64,000 nt of DNA from contig OZ024745.1 of assembly GCA_964016885.1 (NCBI GenBank), positions 20,274,001 through 20,338,000 of the forward strand, read 5' to 3'. Shown here piece after piece: positions 42,852-57,267 of this stretch (position 1 is the first letter of the stretch; every line of letters begins with the position of its first letter). The position numbers and the translations under genes are program-made. This stretch comes from Eledone cirrhosa. Lineage: Eukaryota. A model generated the notes under the pieces. The model saw only the letters and a program-made list of their open reading frames with translations. It made no database searches and was not told where the DNA came from.

Positions 42852-43526
42852 ATATATATATATATGTGTATGTATGTATGTTTGCACACATATAAGTACA
42901 TCCGTAAATATATATAATATATATTATATATATATGTGTGTACCAGTAATGCACGGGTTAATTGCTGGCCTTGTGCCTAAAGTAGAAACAATTATATATA
43001 TATGTGTGTATGCTTGTATGCATGTATGTATATATGTATATATATGTATATATATATATATATACGTACAGCCTTTATACACGATATTTTGTGTGTTTAG
43101 AAGAAAGAAAGCAGGAAATGGGAGATAGAAAAATGAAAAGAAAAGAGAGGAAAGAGAGGAAAAAATAGAAACAAATTCTGGATGATCGTTGCGTGAGTTT
43201 GCTACAAGTTTGTTCCATGTCAAAACAAAATAGATAGACAAGAACGCGCATGCGTAATGAATGATGTTGATCTTGCGCAGCTAAGGGGGAGACAATAGGT
43301 AGGAGAGTGCATCGCATGCAACATTGATGTTCACACAAGAATCGGTTCGCTATCGTGTTGGCGATTAATTTAGTCACGCGTGATGTGGATTTTCGTTGGG
43401 AATCTTGACAGAAAGAAGAATACCACACACACACTCCTTTACACACACACAGTCACAGACACACATACATGCATACACACACACACACACTCCTTTACAC
43501 ACACACAGTCACAGACACACATACAT

Positions 43527-43590
<64 letters not shown>

Positions 43591-43828
43591 CTTTACACAC
43601 ACACACAGTCACAGACACACATACATGCATACACACACACAGTCACAGACACATATACATGCATACACACAAACAATCAGACATACATACACACACACAC
43701 ATACGCATGTGTATACATACATAATACATACATGTATATATATGCATATATATATAAATATATATATATATATGTGAATATATATATATATATGTGTATA
43801 TATATATATGTGTGTGTGTGTGTGTATG

Positions 43829-43892
<64 letters not shown>

Positions 43893-44036
43893 CATATATA
43901 AATATGTTTGTATGTATGTCTGTATATATGTCTCTATATATATATATATGTATATATATGTATATATATACATATATATATGTTTATATATGTTTATATA
44001 TGTATATATATATATATGTATATACATGTATATATT

Positions 44037-44098
<62 letters not shown>

Positions 44099-44120
44099 TG
44101 TTTGTATGTATGTCTGTATT

Positions 44121-44152
<32 letters not shown>

Positions 44153-44163
44153 CATATATATAC

Positions 44164-44199
<36 letters not shown>

Positions 44200-44254
44200 T
44201 TATATATGTTTATATATGTATATATATATATATGTATATACATGTATATATTTG

Positions 44255-44296
<42 letters not shown>

Positions 44297-44635
44297 CGCT
44301 CATGCATATACGCATAAGGACATGCAAATTAAATGTATACGCGTGCACATTCACATCTATAAACACGCACATATATGAACCCAGCACGCTCAGCGTAATA
44401 TACAAACTCCTTCACATACAAGCATCTCTTTCCTTCCCATTCTCCCCCCTCCTCTGTCCCACCTGTCCCCCCAGACACCCCCCACCACCTATATCCACAT
44501 ACAGATAGAAACACACTTCCTAACACACACACTTATACACATTCATACACACACATTCACATATGCATACATCCCCGCCTGTTCAGGTTCTTACACAAAA
44601 TCCATCACATCCGATCTGATGTGTGTACATATATA

Positions 44636-44690
<55 letters not shown>

Positions 44691-44798
44691 ATAGATATAT
44701 GTGTGTATATGTGTGTATATATATGTGTGTGTGTATACAGATATATATATGTGTGTGTGTGTATAGATATATGTGTGTGTGTGTATATATGTGTGTAT

Positions 44799-44868
<70 letters not shown>

Positions 44869-44995
44869 TATATATAGATATAGATATATTTATGTGTGTG
44901 TACACACACACGTATATGTATATAAATATATATATATATGTGTGTACACACACACGTATATGTATATAAATATATATATATATACATATATATAC

Positions 44996-45051
<56 letters not shown>

Positions 45052-45803
45052 GTATATATATACACACACACACACACATGTATATATATACTCTTACACA
45101 GATACGCCCTTACTCACACAGCCGCATACCTATACACACACAATCTCGCATACGAATTCATACACACATTCACAAACAAACCTTTCACGTACACATATCT
45201 ACACAATTAAAAATAATCACGCATGCACACGTATTTTAAAAACCTTTCACAAATACTCATTCACACACATCCCATTGCACAGCACCACACTCACACACAC
45301 ACACAAGCGTGTACACCAAACTACACCACAGGCACGCATATACATACACATATATTGACTGAATATTTTAGGCTATTGAAAATACGGAATTGAGAGGAGA
45401 AAAGTGAAGCGGGCAATGGTGGGGTTTTTCGGTGGGAGGGGGGGGGGGGGGAGACACGGGAGAGTTTGTCTGTCGGAAAGGTGCGAAAAACCGGAAAAAA
45501 CCCCCAGTTGATGGATGTAAATCCGAAATATATAGGGACAATTAAATCTCTCCCAAGGTAACTCTTTCTCGTGTTGTTATTTTTATTTTTATCCTTTACG
45601 CTCTTTCCTTCATTCCTCTACACGTTACAGTCTTATACACGCCAAGCATCTCAACGTACACCCACTGACATCTCTCTCTCCACCACCGGATCTTGTTACC
45701 CGGAGATTTACCCATCTGCATTGTCGAGGCTTCCAAACGACTTATATAAATATATATATATATTTATATATAAAATTAATATATGTATGTATTACTTAAT
45801 AAA

Positions 45804-45906
<103 letters not shown>

Positions 45907-46110
45907 AAATAAATTAATTTTGATACAGAGAACGAGTTTAAAATTAGAAATAGAACCCTTCACCATAGTTTTGACTAAAGAAATTTTAGCTTGATAGTGG
46001 GGTTCTAAAGCTTCTATTTTTAATTATATATATATATATATAAATGGAAAAGAATGAAATGCAATTTCATTTCTCACTCTTAGTACGGCTGATACTTAAA
46101 TATCTATATC

Positions 46111-46154
<44 letters not shown>

Positions 46155-46169
46155 AATATATATATATAC

Positions 46170-46194
<25 letters not shown>

Positions 46195-46201
<7 letters not shown>

Positions 46202-46785
46202 GATATATAAGTATGTATACGTTCATACATATATGTATACAGACGTACAGTAGTATGTATATATATACATACATGCATGTATATATATACATACATGCAC
46301 ACATTTATTATAATGTTCGGTTTGTTTGTAAACAAACAGCCCGAATTAAGCCGTACAGTGCTCGGCAACCATCTTCGCCCTTTTGTTCAACACTGACAAA
46401 GGAACGATGAACACTGAACGGCTTTATTCGGGCTGTTTGTTTACAAACAAACCGAACATTATAATAAAAGGGCGGTGGATTGACAGTATCGGTAGAGGGT
46501 CGGACGCCATGCTTTCCAGCATAGTTACGTCCCTTTACGATCTGAGTTCAAATCCCGCCGAGGTTGACTTTGCCTTTCATCCTTACGGGGTCGATAAAAT
46601 AAAGTACCAGTAATGCACTGGGTTTTTGCTGGCCTTGTGCCTAAAGTAGAAACAATTATAATAAATGTTCGGTAAACCCTTACGTACATATATATATGTG
46701 TGCATGTATGTATATATATATACATACTACTGTACGTCTGTATACATATATGTATGTACGTATACATACTTATATATCTATATAT
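46195..46785. repeat. Large inverted repeat interrupted by a SINE (46469-46655)
   Basis: Inner arms ~46304-46360 and 46412-46468; outer arms ~46195-46303 and 46697-46785; SINE TSD attataataaa. Confidence 0.7.
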
Positions 46786-46900
46786 CTATCTCTCTCTCTA
46801 TATATATATATATGAATGGATTTCCGATGTACATCAGGGGGTGTCTGCAGTCGAACATGGTACTCATTAAGTTAGTATTTTTTTATAAATACGAAATTCC

Positions 46901-46969
<69 letters not shown>

Positions 46970-46995
46970 AGACACACATATATATATATATACAG

Positions 46996-47077
<82 letters not shown>

Positions 47078-47132
47078 GTCCAGAATTAGCCGTCGAAACG
47101 GCTTGAGCTCAGCCGCCGGGGTCCTACTCGTT

Positions 47133-47175
<43 letters not shown>

Positions 47176-47187
47176 GGTTACAGTATC

Positions 47188-47255
<68 letters not shown>

Positions 47256-47886
47256 GTAGATAGTTAGATATATAAATACACACGCCCTTGATAAATAATG
47301 CATACGTGTGCGTTTGTTAAAGTGTGATTGTGTTTGTGTGTGTGTGTGTAGGGGGGGGGGGGGTATAAGAATTTTGAAGAGGACGGAATTTCCAAATCAG
47401 TGAATCGTAGAGGCGGCCGGTTTAGAAGTGATAAGATGAGGCAGCAACTACGGGAGAACTCTTCTGTTTGATATCTCATCCATAGCTTACACACGCTCTA
47501 TTCGTCTCTAATCATCCTTATCCCCACCTTCCCTCACTCCCACTTCCTTTCGCCTTTCCTTTCTCTCACTAACGTTCCCTTTTTCTAACTCACTCACACC
47601 AACAATTTCTCTCTCGACCCCCCCCCCACATTCTGTCTCTTTCTCTCTCTCTTTTTCAATCTACTCTCTCACAACCACTATCTCTTTCTCTCAATCTTTC
47701 TCTCTCTCTATTTATGAAAGTACCCGAAATAAAACCCGTATCTCGGGAGCCCGTGCTCCGATTTACGCGAAACTTGTTTTATTACATTTGTATTCCCATT
47801 TCAGGAGCCTCTTCCTTAAAGTATTTACCAATTATGCACCCTTTTGGCTGTATTAAATTACAGACAAGCACACAATCACAGAGTTT

Positions 47887-48011
<125 letters not shown>

Positions 48012-48349
48012 CCCCACATATATATATAGAGAGAGAGGGAGATGGAGGGCATTTTAAAACCTGGTGGAGCCCATCCCTCTCTAGGTCTCTGGAGGTACAC
48101 CTGTTTATCACAGGGTCATCAGCCAAGAAGTGTTCTTGTCTACGCGACCATATAAGTGCCAAAAGTAAAGTAATTACCTATCAAATGACGAAATTAAGTG
48201 GAAGGTATATTTCAAGGTATGTTTCAATATACTCGTGTTTTGTTTCTTACACTGATTTTCTATTGACTCTAAATATGTTAGTCTGATCATGTTTTTGTTT
48301 TTAAATTCTTTCTTAGTCTCGTATTGGTGATAAAAAAGCGTGAACTAAT

Positions 48350-48710
48350 AAATGTTTCTGATTTAGGCCAACAATTGTGGGAGAACGGGAGGGGGAAAGT
48401 CGATTAAATCCACTCCAGTGCGTTTCTGGTATTTTATTTTATTGACTTCGTAAGGATGAGAGGTAACGCTAACCTCGGTGAGATTTGAACTTGGAGCGTG
48501 AGCTAATATGATTTCTTGTATAGGCACAAGGCCAGTAATTTAGGGGTGGGGAGTCGATTAAATCGACCCCAATACGTTACTGGTACTTTATTTTATCGAC
48601 CCCGTAAGGATGAAAGGCAAAGTTAATCTCGGCGGGATTTGAACTCAGACCGTAAAGGACCGTAACTCTATGGTGTCCGACGCTCTACCGATACTGCCAA
48701 TCCACCGCCT
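48350..48710 (-). mobile_element. Two SINE copies
   Basis: SINE cores on the minus strand. Confidence 0.75.
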
Positions 48711-49578
48711 GAGAGCGTGAGTTACTCACCCCGCCCCCATCTCAAAACTGTAACGGAAGCTCTGGAGTGTACTTACATTAGTGCAATGTTATAGCAAAGG
48801 AAATTTAGCAATACTAAATTTATAGGTACTGAATACTTTGTCTCAGAATAAACAATCTCACTAAAAAGCAATCTATAATCACACATTTCTGTGAAAATAT
48901 AAATATCTAAAATAACAAAATAACAAAAATAAATGAATAAATAAACAAACAGATCAATAAAGAACAAGAAAACAAAACCAATCACAAAATGTTACAAAGA
49001 CTTGAATATGGGATCAGATCAAATCGAATGCCATTTAGAACTGGCAGAGTTGTAGTGTTTCGGAAAAATTCAGCTTCAAAATTAGATGTCGGAAAGAATC
49101 TTCTCCACCAACTCACTTTCAAAGGATAGTTAATTAACGTGTAAAATGGCTGACCATTCATCAGATACTTGTATGGTTTATGTAGTTCTCAGGGAGATTC
49201 AGTGTGTCACAGTGTGTGGAAAGATTATTTTTGCCAGCTGTATAGACTGAAGCAACACAAAATAAAGTGTTTTGTTTAAGGATACAACACATCACCTGGA
49301 GTTCACACACTACCGTCGTAGAATAATGTGGTCCTGGGTTCCTTGCGTGGAGCCACGTTGCCGAGTGGAAAGTGTGATGGACTTACGATCGTAACATCGT
49401 GGGTTCGATTCCTGAACTGGGGTGGGTGTTGTGTTCTTGAGCAAAACACTTCATCTAACGGATCTTTAGGTTCCCAGCACATGGGACAAAGATGGAATGG
49501 TCACGACGAGAAGGACTTTGATCATATGTGTATTCAAAATGAGCTGAGTTGGTGCTAAACAACAACGACGACAGCAAC

Positions 49579-49667
<89 letters not shown>

Positions 49668-50996
49668 CCTGTACTCATTCATTACTCCTTTTCACACTTT
49701 TGTTCACTGAAAATAATTGTTTCTACTTTTGGCACAAGGCCAGCAATTATCTCAGTGTATTACTGGTACTTTATTTTATCGACCCCGTAAGGATGAAAGG
49801 CAAAGTTAACCTCGGCGGGATTTGAACTGCTAACAGTTTCTGACTACAACTACTATTCCCCCGAGATCAACAAAAGTAACAGCAGTATCTCCACAAAGAA
49901 GACCAATATCACTACCACTACCACCACCACCACAAGCACCACTACCACCACCACCACCACCACCACAAGCACCACCGTCACCACCAACACCACCACAAAT
50001 ACAACCACCACCACCACAAACACCACTACCACCACCACCACCACAAGCACCACCGTCACCACCAACATCTCCAACACCACCACAAACACAACCACCACCA
50101 CCACCACCACAACCACCACTACCACCACCACCACCACCACCACAAGCACCACCGTCACCACCAACACCACCAACACCACCACAAACACAACCACCACCAC
50201 CACCAACACCACCACCACCACCACCACCACCACCACCACCACCACCACCACCACCACCACCACCACCACCACCACCACCACCACCAAAACAACGACCAAA
50301 AAATCCATTCACGGTAACAACACCACCACCACCACCACCACCGGCACCACCATCACCATCAGCGCTACCACCACCACCACCACCACCACACCACAACCAC
50401 CATCGCGACCACCACCACCACTACCATCACCACCACCGCCACCACCACGCCCACCCCACTATCACGATAGTCGCCACACCCCACCACCAACCTATAAACT
50501 ACCGCCATTCTTATAGGTGACTGGGTATCTTCTATTTGACCTAATTTACATACACGGTTGACTGATCAAAAGCTTGCTGAACAGATTATACAGATTAAAG
50601 GGACGGCCATTTTAGAAACTTTCCAAGGTTTCTTTGGAATGTCTCTCTGTGTTACTGTGTGTTACTCTGTGTTACTGTGTGTGTTACTGTGTGTTACTGT
50701 GTGTTACTGTGTGTGTTACTGTGTGTGTACTGTGTGTTACTCTGTGTGTACTGTGTGTGTACTGTGTGTTACTCTGTGTTACTGTGTATGTTTCTGTGTA
50801 TGGGGAAATGTTTGTCAAATCGACGATAAAAACACGAAATAACCAAAAATACGTGTGTATATATATGAGTATGTATCTATGGCGCATTCGGGTGTATTTG
50901 TGTATGCGTGTGTGCGTGCGTTTGCGTGTGTACGTGCGTTTCCGTGTGGGCGAATACAGATATGAATATCTACCTACACGACTGGTTGTTTGTTTG

Positions 50997-51077
<81 letters not shown>

Positions 51078-51093
51078 TTATCTATCTATCTGT

Positions 51094-51845
51094 AGTCCCT
51101 GGCCTGGCAGTGCTACCGAGGAGCTCTACCAGTTCGAGACAAGCTCTACAGACATGGGCGCCCGGGCAGGGACCCTGCAAAAAAGATCTGTCCGAGGTGC
51201 GTGCGAGACGAAGAAACCGTCGCGCACGCATTCATACACTGCCCGGGCGTCACTGACCTGTGAGGCTATGTAGAACGACTATTGTCGCGGGTGGGACCAA
51301 TCCAGTTGACCACCGAGTCCATTGTCATGATCAAACCGCCACCCTCCTTCAAAAACGAAGGAGAGGCGGTTTTCCTTTGTGTGATAGCTATGGCGAAAGA
51401 GGTTGTATGGTGGACAAGGTTGAAAGGGCTGAGGTCAGACACCTTTCTCTCCGGCCAACAACTGATTCTTTTTTTCAAATACCACTTTGGAAGAAGAATC
51501 AGGATGGAGAGAGAGGTGCTGTACCCCAGCAAGTTTTATGAAAGGTGGGTGAAAGTGGCGAGAATGGCCCGAGTGAATGGGCCTTCTCTCTATATCAGCC
51601 TGTAGGTTGAGGAAAAGGAGGAGGAGAGGAAAGGAGTACAAGCTCTTCGTACTCCTGGAGATGAGGGTTGCACATTTTTTTTCGGGGGTATGTGTTACCC
51701 ATATAAACTGTCTCCCTCTATTGGGGAAAATCGACTAACTTTTAAATTCCATCTGTGATAACATTTTACACGTTTTTATTGTATGTAAACTTCCCCCTTT
51801 GTATTTGTCCCCTTCTTTTGTGCCCCTGTGGCTAATAAAGAAATA
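51094..51845 (+). pseudogene. 5'-truncated Tx1/L1-clade LINE (ORF2 C-terminus and 3'UTR) in (TCTA)n
   Basis: SLAWQCYRGALPVRDKLYRHG, CPRCVRDEETVAHAFIHC knuckle, internal stop, and aataaa at the 3' end. Confidence 0.8.
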
Positions 51846-51869
51846 TATCTGTATGTCTATCTATTTCCG

Positions 51870-52090
51870 TGACGTTAAGTGACCTAGAGTACAAAATGTT
51901 CCGCTGGACAGGACGCCAGTCCATCTCAGGGTCAACCCAACCCACCAGCTACTGCTGGTGTTCATTTTTCAGTTGAGTATACTAGAGCAACGTGAAATGA
52001 AGTGTCTTGCTGAAGAACACAACACAGAAACCAACCCAGGAATCGAACCCACGACATTATGATCGTAAGTCCAACACATTAGGCCACTGG
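51870..52090 (-). mobile_element. CORE-like SINE
   Basis: Related to 14340-14600. Confidence 0.6.
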
Positions 52091-52935
52091 ATTGATGTAG
52101 TTGAAAAGACTCAGGCAACCACACAGCACAATTCCTTAAGAGATATTATGTCCCATTGGTTGTGTTGTAAACTAATAATCATATGACAGGGATGTTTATC
52201 TATGTCGATGGAGATTTAAGGAGCAATGAGGGCGGTTGACTCAGTCATTCGAAACTGGGTCACATTATATGACAATCTGACTCCTACTCATTTGGGGTTT
52301 AAATTCTATAAATCTCCACCTACTTTAGACGTTCGGCTCAGAACAGAAAAATATAAACTATTCGTACTTAGGTGTGTTGGTGTGTAAAGGTAATGAAGCA
52401 CAAGAGTTGGGAAGAAGAAGATATTTTCCTTTCTCCAGACAATCCTCATTCTGATTCTTATGACTGGTGTTGGCAGTAAAGAGAGAAAAATAAACACCAG
52501 TGTATATATGTTTTGTGTGCTTATGTTTCTGTGTGTGTGGGTAGATGTGCGAGTGTGTGGGTGAGCGCGCGTGTGTGTGTGATAGTTAGAGATATTGAGA
52601 AAGGGGGGGAGAAAGAGATAGATAGAGAGAGAGACAAAGGTATATAGATAGGCTCATAGAGAGAGGGAAAGAGTGAAAAAGAAAGAAAGAGAGAGAGGGA
52701 AAGAGTGAAAAAGAAAGAAAGAGAGAGAGATAGGGGTGGGGAGAGATAGGCTTATAGAGAGAGGGAGAGAGAGAGAATAAAATGAAAACAAAGAGAATGA
52801 CTAATACAATCCAAAATGATAAATACGAAGGAAAGTGTTTCGTCGTCTGAACTTCCAAAGAACTTTCCATAAAAATGTCCGTAGCGACAACAACAACAAC
52901 AACAACGACGATGAATAACAATAGTGGAAGTATCA

Positions 52936-53339
52936 GACGATTCTCGGCAGAACTGTTCTGCTCGAGAACGGGTTGCAGGTGGCGGATAGTGATACAGCCA
53001 CCAGATATGACGGCTAGTTGTGATATACACGTAAGCGGGCAACTGCCGGACAAATAAGCAACCCCATGTGGTTAGAATGTCTCAGCAAAGAATCATTGGA
53101 CATATTTTACGGGCAAAACCAACCAGCAAGAGACCCAGGGGTAGACCTTGAACAAGAAGGTTGGATAACATCCAAAGGCTTGGCTGTTCTCAGTTGGGGT
53201 CTATTCGGTTCAGTTGGGTTCGGTTGCCTCTGACAGGACCCGCTGGAGGGAGTGTTTGAGGGACTCTTCCCCCACGACCCTCGCAGGAACAAGAAGTGTC
53301 TCAGACGACAGCAACAACAACAACAATGGCTAGAAATAG
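52936..53339 (+). mobile_element. Short RTE-derived element with a 14-bp TSD
   Basis: tagtggaagtatca at 52922-52935 and 53340-53353; KRPRGRP..LDNI relic and (caa)n tail. Confidence 0.6.
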
Positions 53340-53679
53340 TAGTGGAAGTATCACAGACTACATCAAACGATAATCTTTTAATTGACAACGAAAGATGATG
53401 ACCAAGCCAGAAGAAGAAGATATAAAAAAACAAAAACTTTTTCTTGTCATTCAACGTACTAGAAATAGCAGCCAAATCTCTTTCTCGAATCACAACCAAC
53501 ACACACACACACAGAGTACATTCGGCTGTGGTGGTGTCTGCTCTGGTGTAGACATGTACACCTTTATTATCTTATTCTGTAAGTATACTTGCCTCAAACT
53601 TTATATCCAGCTGTTATCTTAATTATCTTGTAAATTTCTTTGTTAAAAATTCTCTACATCACAGTATGGTCCTGTAACT

Positions 53680-53995
53680 CCTGTTGGAGTTATAGGGTCA
53701 CCGAATTGACATACGGCGTTTCTAGATCATTTTTTAACAACTTGGTGGAACCCATCTCCTCTCAGGGTTTGGATACAGGAGATTTCTTCCAGTGATGGAT
53801 AGGGAGAGTGAGAGAATAGAAGTGGGGAAGATATATAGAGGAAATCTCGACTGCTGCTTTTTTTTTTTATCAACCTTGAATAGATGAAAGGCAAAGTTGA
53901 CATCGGTGGCATTTGAACTGAGAGAGCAGAGGGCCGAAACGAATACCACAAAGTATTCCACCCGACCGTTTAACGACTCGGCCAATTCGCTGCCA
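53680..53995 (-). mobile_element. Older long-tailed SINE
   Basis: SINE core and tail. Confidence 0.7.
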
Positions 53996-54109
53996 ATTCT
54001 TCACTGTTACCTTTATTTCCCTCAAAACTAGTTCATTCTTCGTTCCATCCAGTGATGAGATCTTTTCACCTCAGAAAACTATAACAACCACTATCATACG
54101 TATGGATGG

Positions 54110-54295
54110 TGAAGGCCCATGGGCCTTCACCATCCATACGTATGATAGTGGATGTTATAGTTTAGTGGTTAGAGCGTTAGGCTTGCAATCGAAAGGTTGT
54201 GAGTTCAATTCTCGGACCGGGTGATGTGTTGTTTCCCTGAGCAAGACACTTTATTTCACGTTGCTCCAGTTTACTCAGCTGTAAAAATGAGATGA
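54110..54295 (+). mobile_element. CORE-like SINE with its head disrupted by a fold-back duplication
   Basis: tgaaggcccatgg...tagtggttagagcg...gagttcaattc...tgagcaagacactttatttcacgttgctccag. Confidence 0.65.
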
Positions 54296-55559
54296 TAGAA
54301 CTGGGGTCTCTATCATTAAATTACCCAAGACACCTCCAACGAGATATACCTTGGAGGAGGCCAGTTAAACCTGCATAGGTGTGAGCTGTCACACACACAC
54401 ATGGATGTAATCACCGGAAATTCTAAATGATTTCCTTATGCTAAGCTTTCATACGACATGAAATCACATGGCCCAGCTCATGAAGAAATACTCTGTCCCA
54501 TTGGTTGTGTTGTAAATTATCAATCATGTGACGGGGGTATAGACGAATCTGTCGGGATGTCCGTTTATTTCAATGGTGATTGTAGGAGCAAAGAGGACGG
54601 TTGACTCAGTCGTTTCGGCCAGCTGTAATTCCTGGAATTGTTATAAGCTATTTGGCAGTAATTAATACTGCAACTATGTGGCGCGTGTGCTTTTCTTTTT
54701 TTTTTTATTCATGTGATTATTGTTATTGTAAATAGTCTGGATGGTGACTTTAAAACCATTGTTTGTGGCATTATTGGTATCAATGTCCATTATTTATTGC
54801 CAAATGGTTAAAGGCTTGCCTTTTCAGTCATTTAAACACAAGCATTAAACATCGCAAATTCAAATTACAATAAAATTATGGAACCACCGACAGCGATAAT
54901 GAGAGAAGAAAGAAAAACTCACAAATTCAGTGTTGTCTAAGTTGAATCTGGCAAAGATACAATTTCACTCGAAGGTCGATCTACCTGCTGTCAGTTGAAA
55001 TCCCACGAGACACTTAAAGTCAATAATAGTACTTATAAGAATATCACCAATACTAGAGAGAACTATACACAGATGAGGAAAGCTCCTGGCGATAAGAGAC
55101 AACGGTGCTTCTTCGGTTTCCAGTAGAACCCGATTCAATTCTCTTAAAGAAATTGGCAAAGGCAGGAATTCGAACAAATCCCAACTTTTGTTTCTATATA
55201 CATAAAGTTTTTATTCATACAGATAAGCTCCCGACGGGCTAAGGTCTTAAACCGTTTTCGATTCCCGATTCAAGTAATTTCACTTCACTTTGTGTTGATA
55301 ATGGTTTCTGATATAGGGATAAGGTTATCGATCACGTAAGGAGGAAAGGTAAAGTAACTTCGGCGGGATTTGAACTCAGAACGTAAAGGGACGTAAATTT
55401 GTGCTGCAAAGCTCTACCGATACTACCATTCCACCACTCTCATTTTATGTTGACGAAGCATTTTGAAAATGCTTGAATATTACGAAATATCATTGCTACA
55501 CTGGTGAAATGTTGATGTCATTATTTCGTTGTTTACAATTTGGAAGTATGTGTAAAAGC

Positions 55560-55830
55560 CAAACTCGTTATCTTGAGATCCCTCGAAGGGTCCCTAGTGT
55601 AACGTTACTCGATAGAGTGCGTAACTTGGAGATCAAAGAGTCACTCCAGGTAGAGCCACTACGTCTCCGAATTAAGAGATCACAGCTCCGATGTTACAGA
55701 CATGTGATTAGAATGTCTCAGGAAAGAATCGCTGGACAGATTTTATGTGCAAAATCAACTAGCACAGACTCAAGGGTAGATGATGAAGATGGTGGTTGGA
55801 TAACATCCATGAGCTCGACTGATCTCTCTT
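55560..55830 (+). pseudogene. RTE LINE C-terminal fragment
   Basis: VTLLDRVRNLEIKESLQVEPLRLRIKRSQLRCYRHVIRMSQERI. Confidence 0.75.
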
Positions 55831-56166
55831 AATGATAAAAAAAGTACCAGTCCAGTACCGAGATCGATTCTTCCTCTACAGAAAAAATCGCCTGTGTTCA
55901 GACCTGGAGGGGGTTGGCCTCCACCAGGTTTAAATTTGCCCTAGACACGCCGTATGACGGTGTCTCTACGACTCGACAATGAGTATGGGACCTTTAATCT
56001 TTATCCTTTATATCAAAGGTAGAACTATACAATTTTCTAAACAATTTTCTGTTTTTTTTATTTATATCCTTATATGTTCTTCTCTTCACCCACCTCTCTC
56101 TGAAAAGTTTATAGCCTCTTGGATTGTGTTCACCATTATTCCTTTATTATATAACTATTACGCAAT

Positions 56167-56228
56167 AAACACCTGATGATGACACCAGGATCTTACGGAA
56201 CCTGGCCACTGAAATATACATAGTGTTT
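56167..56228 (+). ncRNA. Minimal type I hammerhead ribozyme
   Basis: aaacac-CTGATGA-tgacaccagg...cctggccact-GAAA-tataca-TA-gtgttt; downstream sequence is related to the 57610 element. Confidence 0.75.
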
Positions 56229-56327
56229 GCTATAATAAATCTTGGAAGGAATTTCACCAGTCCGGCCTCCTATTATTTTGCTCACTAATTATATATATAC
56301 ATATAAATATATATATATATATATACC

Positions 56328-57253
56328 AGAGATATATTTTAATTTTAATTATATCTCATATAAAATAATACAACTGGCTTTCCACAAAATACATATAGTT
56401 AGCACCCCAAACACAAAATTGGGATTATACTAACGTATACCCTAATGTTTGTTGAGTGAGATGGTTGCCAGTCAGAGTTTAGCTTAAAGCTTTCTCTGTT
56501 ATTGTATTAAATATTTTACTCTTGATTTGGCCAGATAATTTTATTTCCAGATACCTTTTAAACGTAACTTTCCGTATTTATTACTGTTATGAGATATTGT
56601 TTGTTATCTAGGTATCACTTCTCTGTTTTTAGAAAATACCTATATGCGTGTGTAATTAATACATGCATACATTTATTCTTTTAAAATTAATTGAGTTCTT
56701 AACACGCAGGATTGATAATGTTTTTGAAAAAACTAATTAACTCACGTGTATATTATTTTACTTTTCTTCTGACTCGCCATTGTCTCCCTTTTCCGCTTCG
56801 TGACGCTATGATACTTCCTCAGTCTAAAGACTGCTGGAATTTCAAATTTGGCGGTCATTTGATGCGTGAAGGGATGACTTAGCGGACACGAAAAATAACT
56901 GCAGTAAGAAATTTTTTCTTATATCAAAGTTTAATGGGCATCCACTGATGATTTATAAGTACCCACCTACATATATTCTTACAGAAAAATATGTTAGGCT
57001 TCTACATAAACTGGAAACATTCTCCCAACTTGTAGAAGACTTATAATGAAACAATTGTTTGGAAAGAGAGATATATTTTAGTTTTAATTATATCTCATAT
57101 AAAATAATACAACTGGCTTTCCACAAAATACATATAGTTAGCACCCCAAACACAAAATTGGGATTATACTAACGTATACCCAAATGTTTGTTGAGTGAGA
57201 TGGTTACCAGTCAGAGTTTAGCTTAAAGCTTTCTCTGTTATTGTATTAAATAT
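56328..57253 (+). mobile_element. Retrozyme-like or non-autonomous Penelope-like element: 739-bp unit with ~187-bp terminal direct repeat
   Basis: 56328-56514 is repeated at 57067-57253, with an HHR immediately before the second repeat and (TA)n on both flanks. Confidence 0.7.
56941..57063 (+). ncRNA. Hammerhead ribozyme with a ~96-nt branched stem II
   Basis: tcca-CTGATGA-tttataagt[...two hairpins...]acttataat-GAAA-caattg-TT-tgga. Confidence 0.7.
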
Positions 57254-57267
57254 ATATATATATATAT

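Noticed and set aside
43180-43400. Promoter-like unique CpG-containing patch with gcgcatgcg (also 45400-45750)
   Set aside because: No linked gene or other support from sequence alone.
48085-48130. Minus-strand CTGATGA with a following hairpin
   Set aside because: GAAA and the stem I partner are absent.
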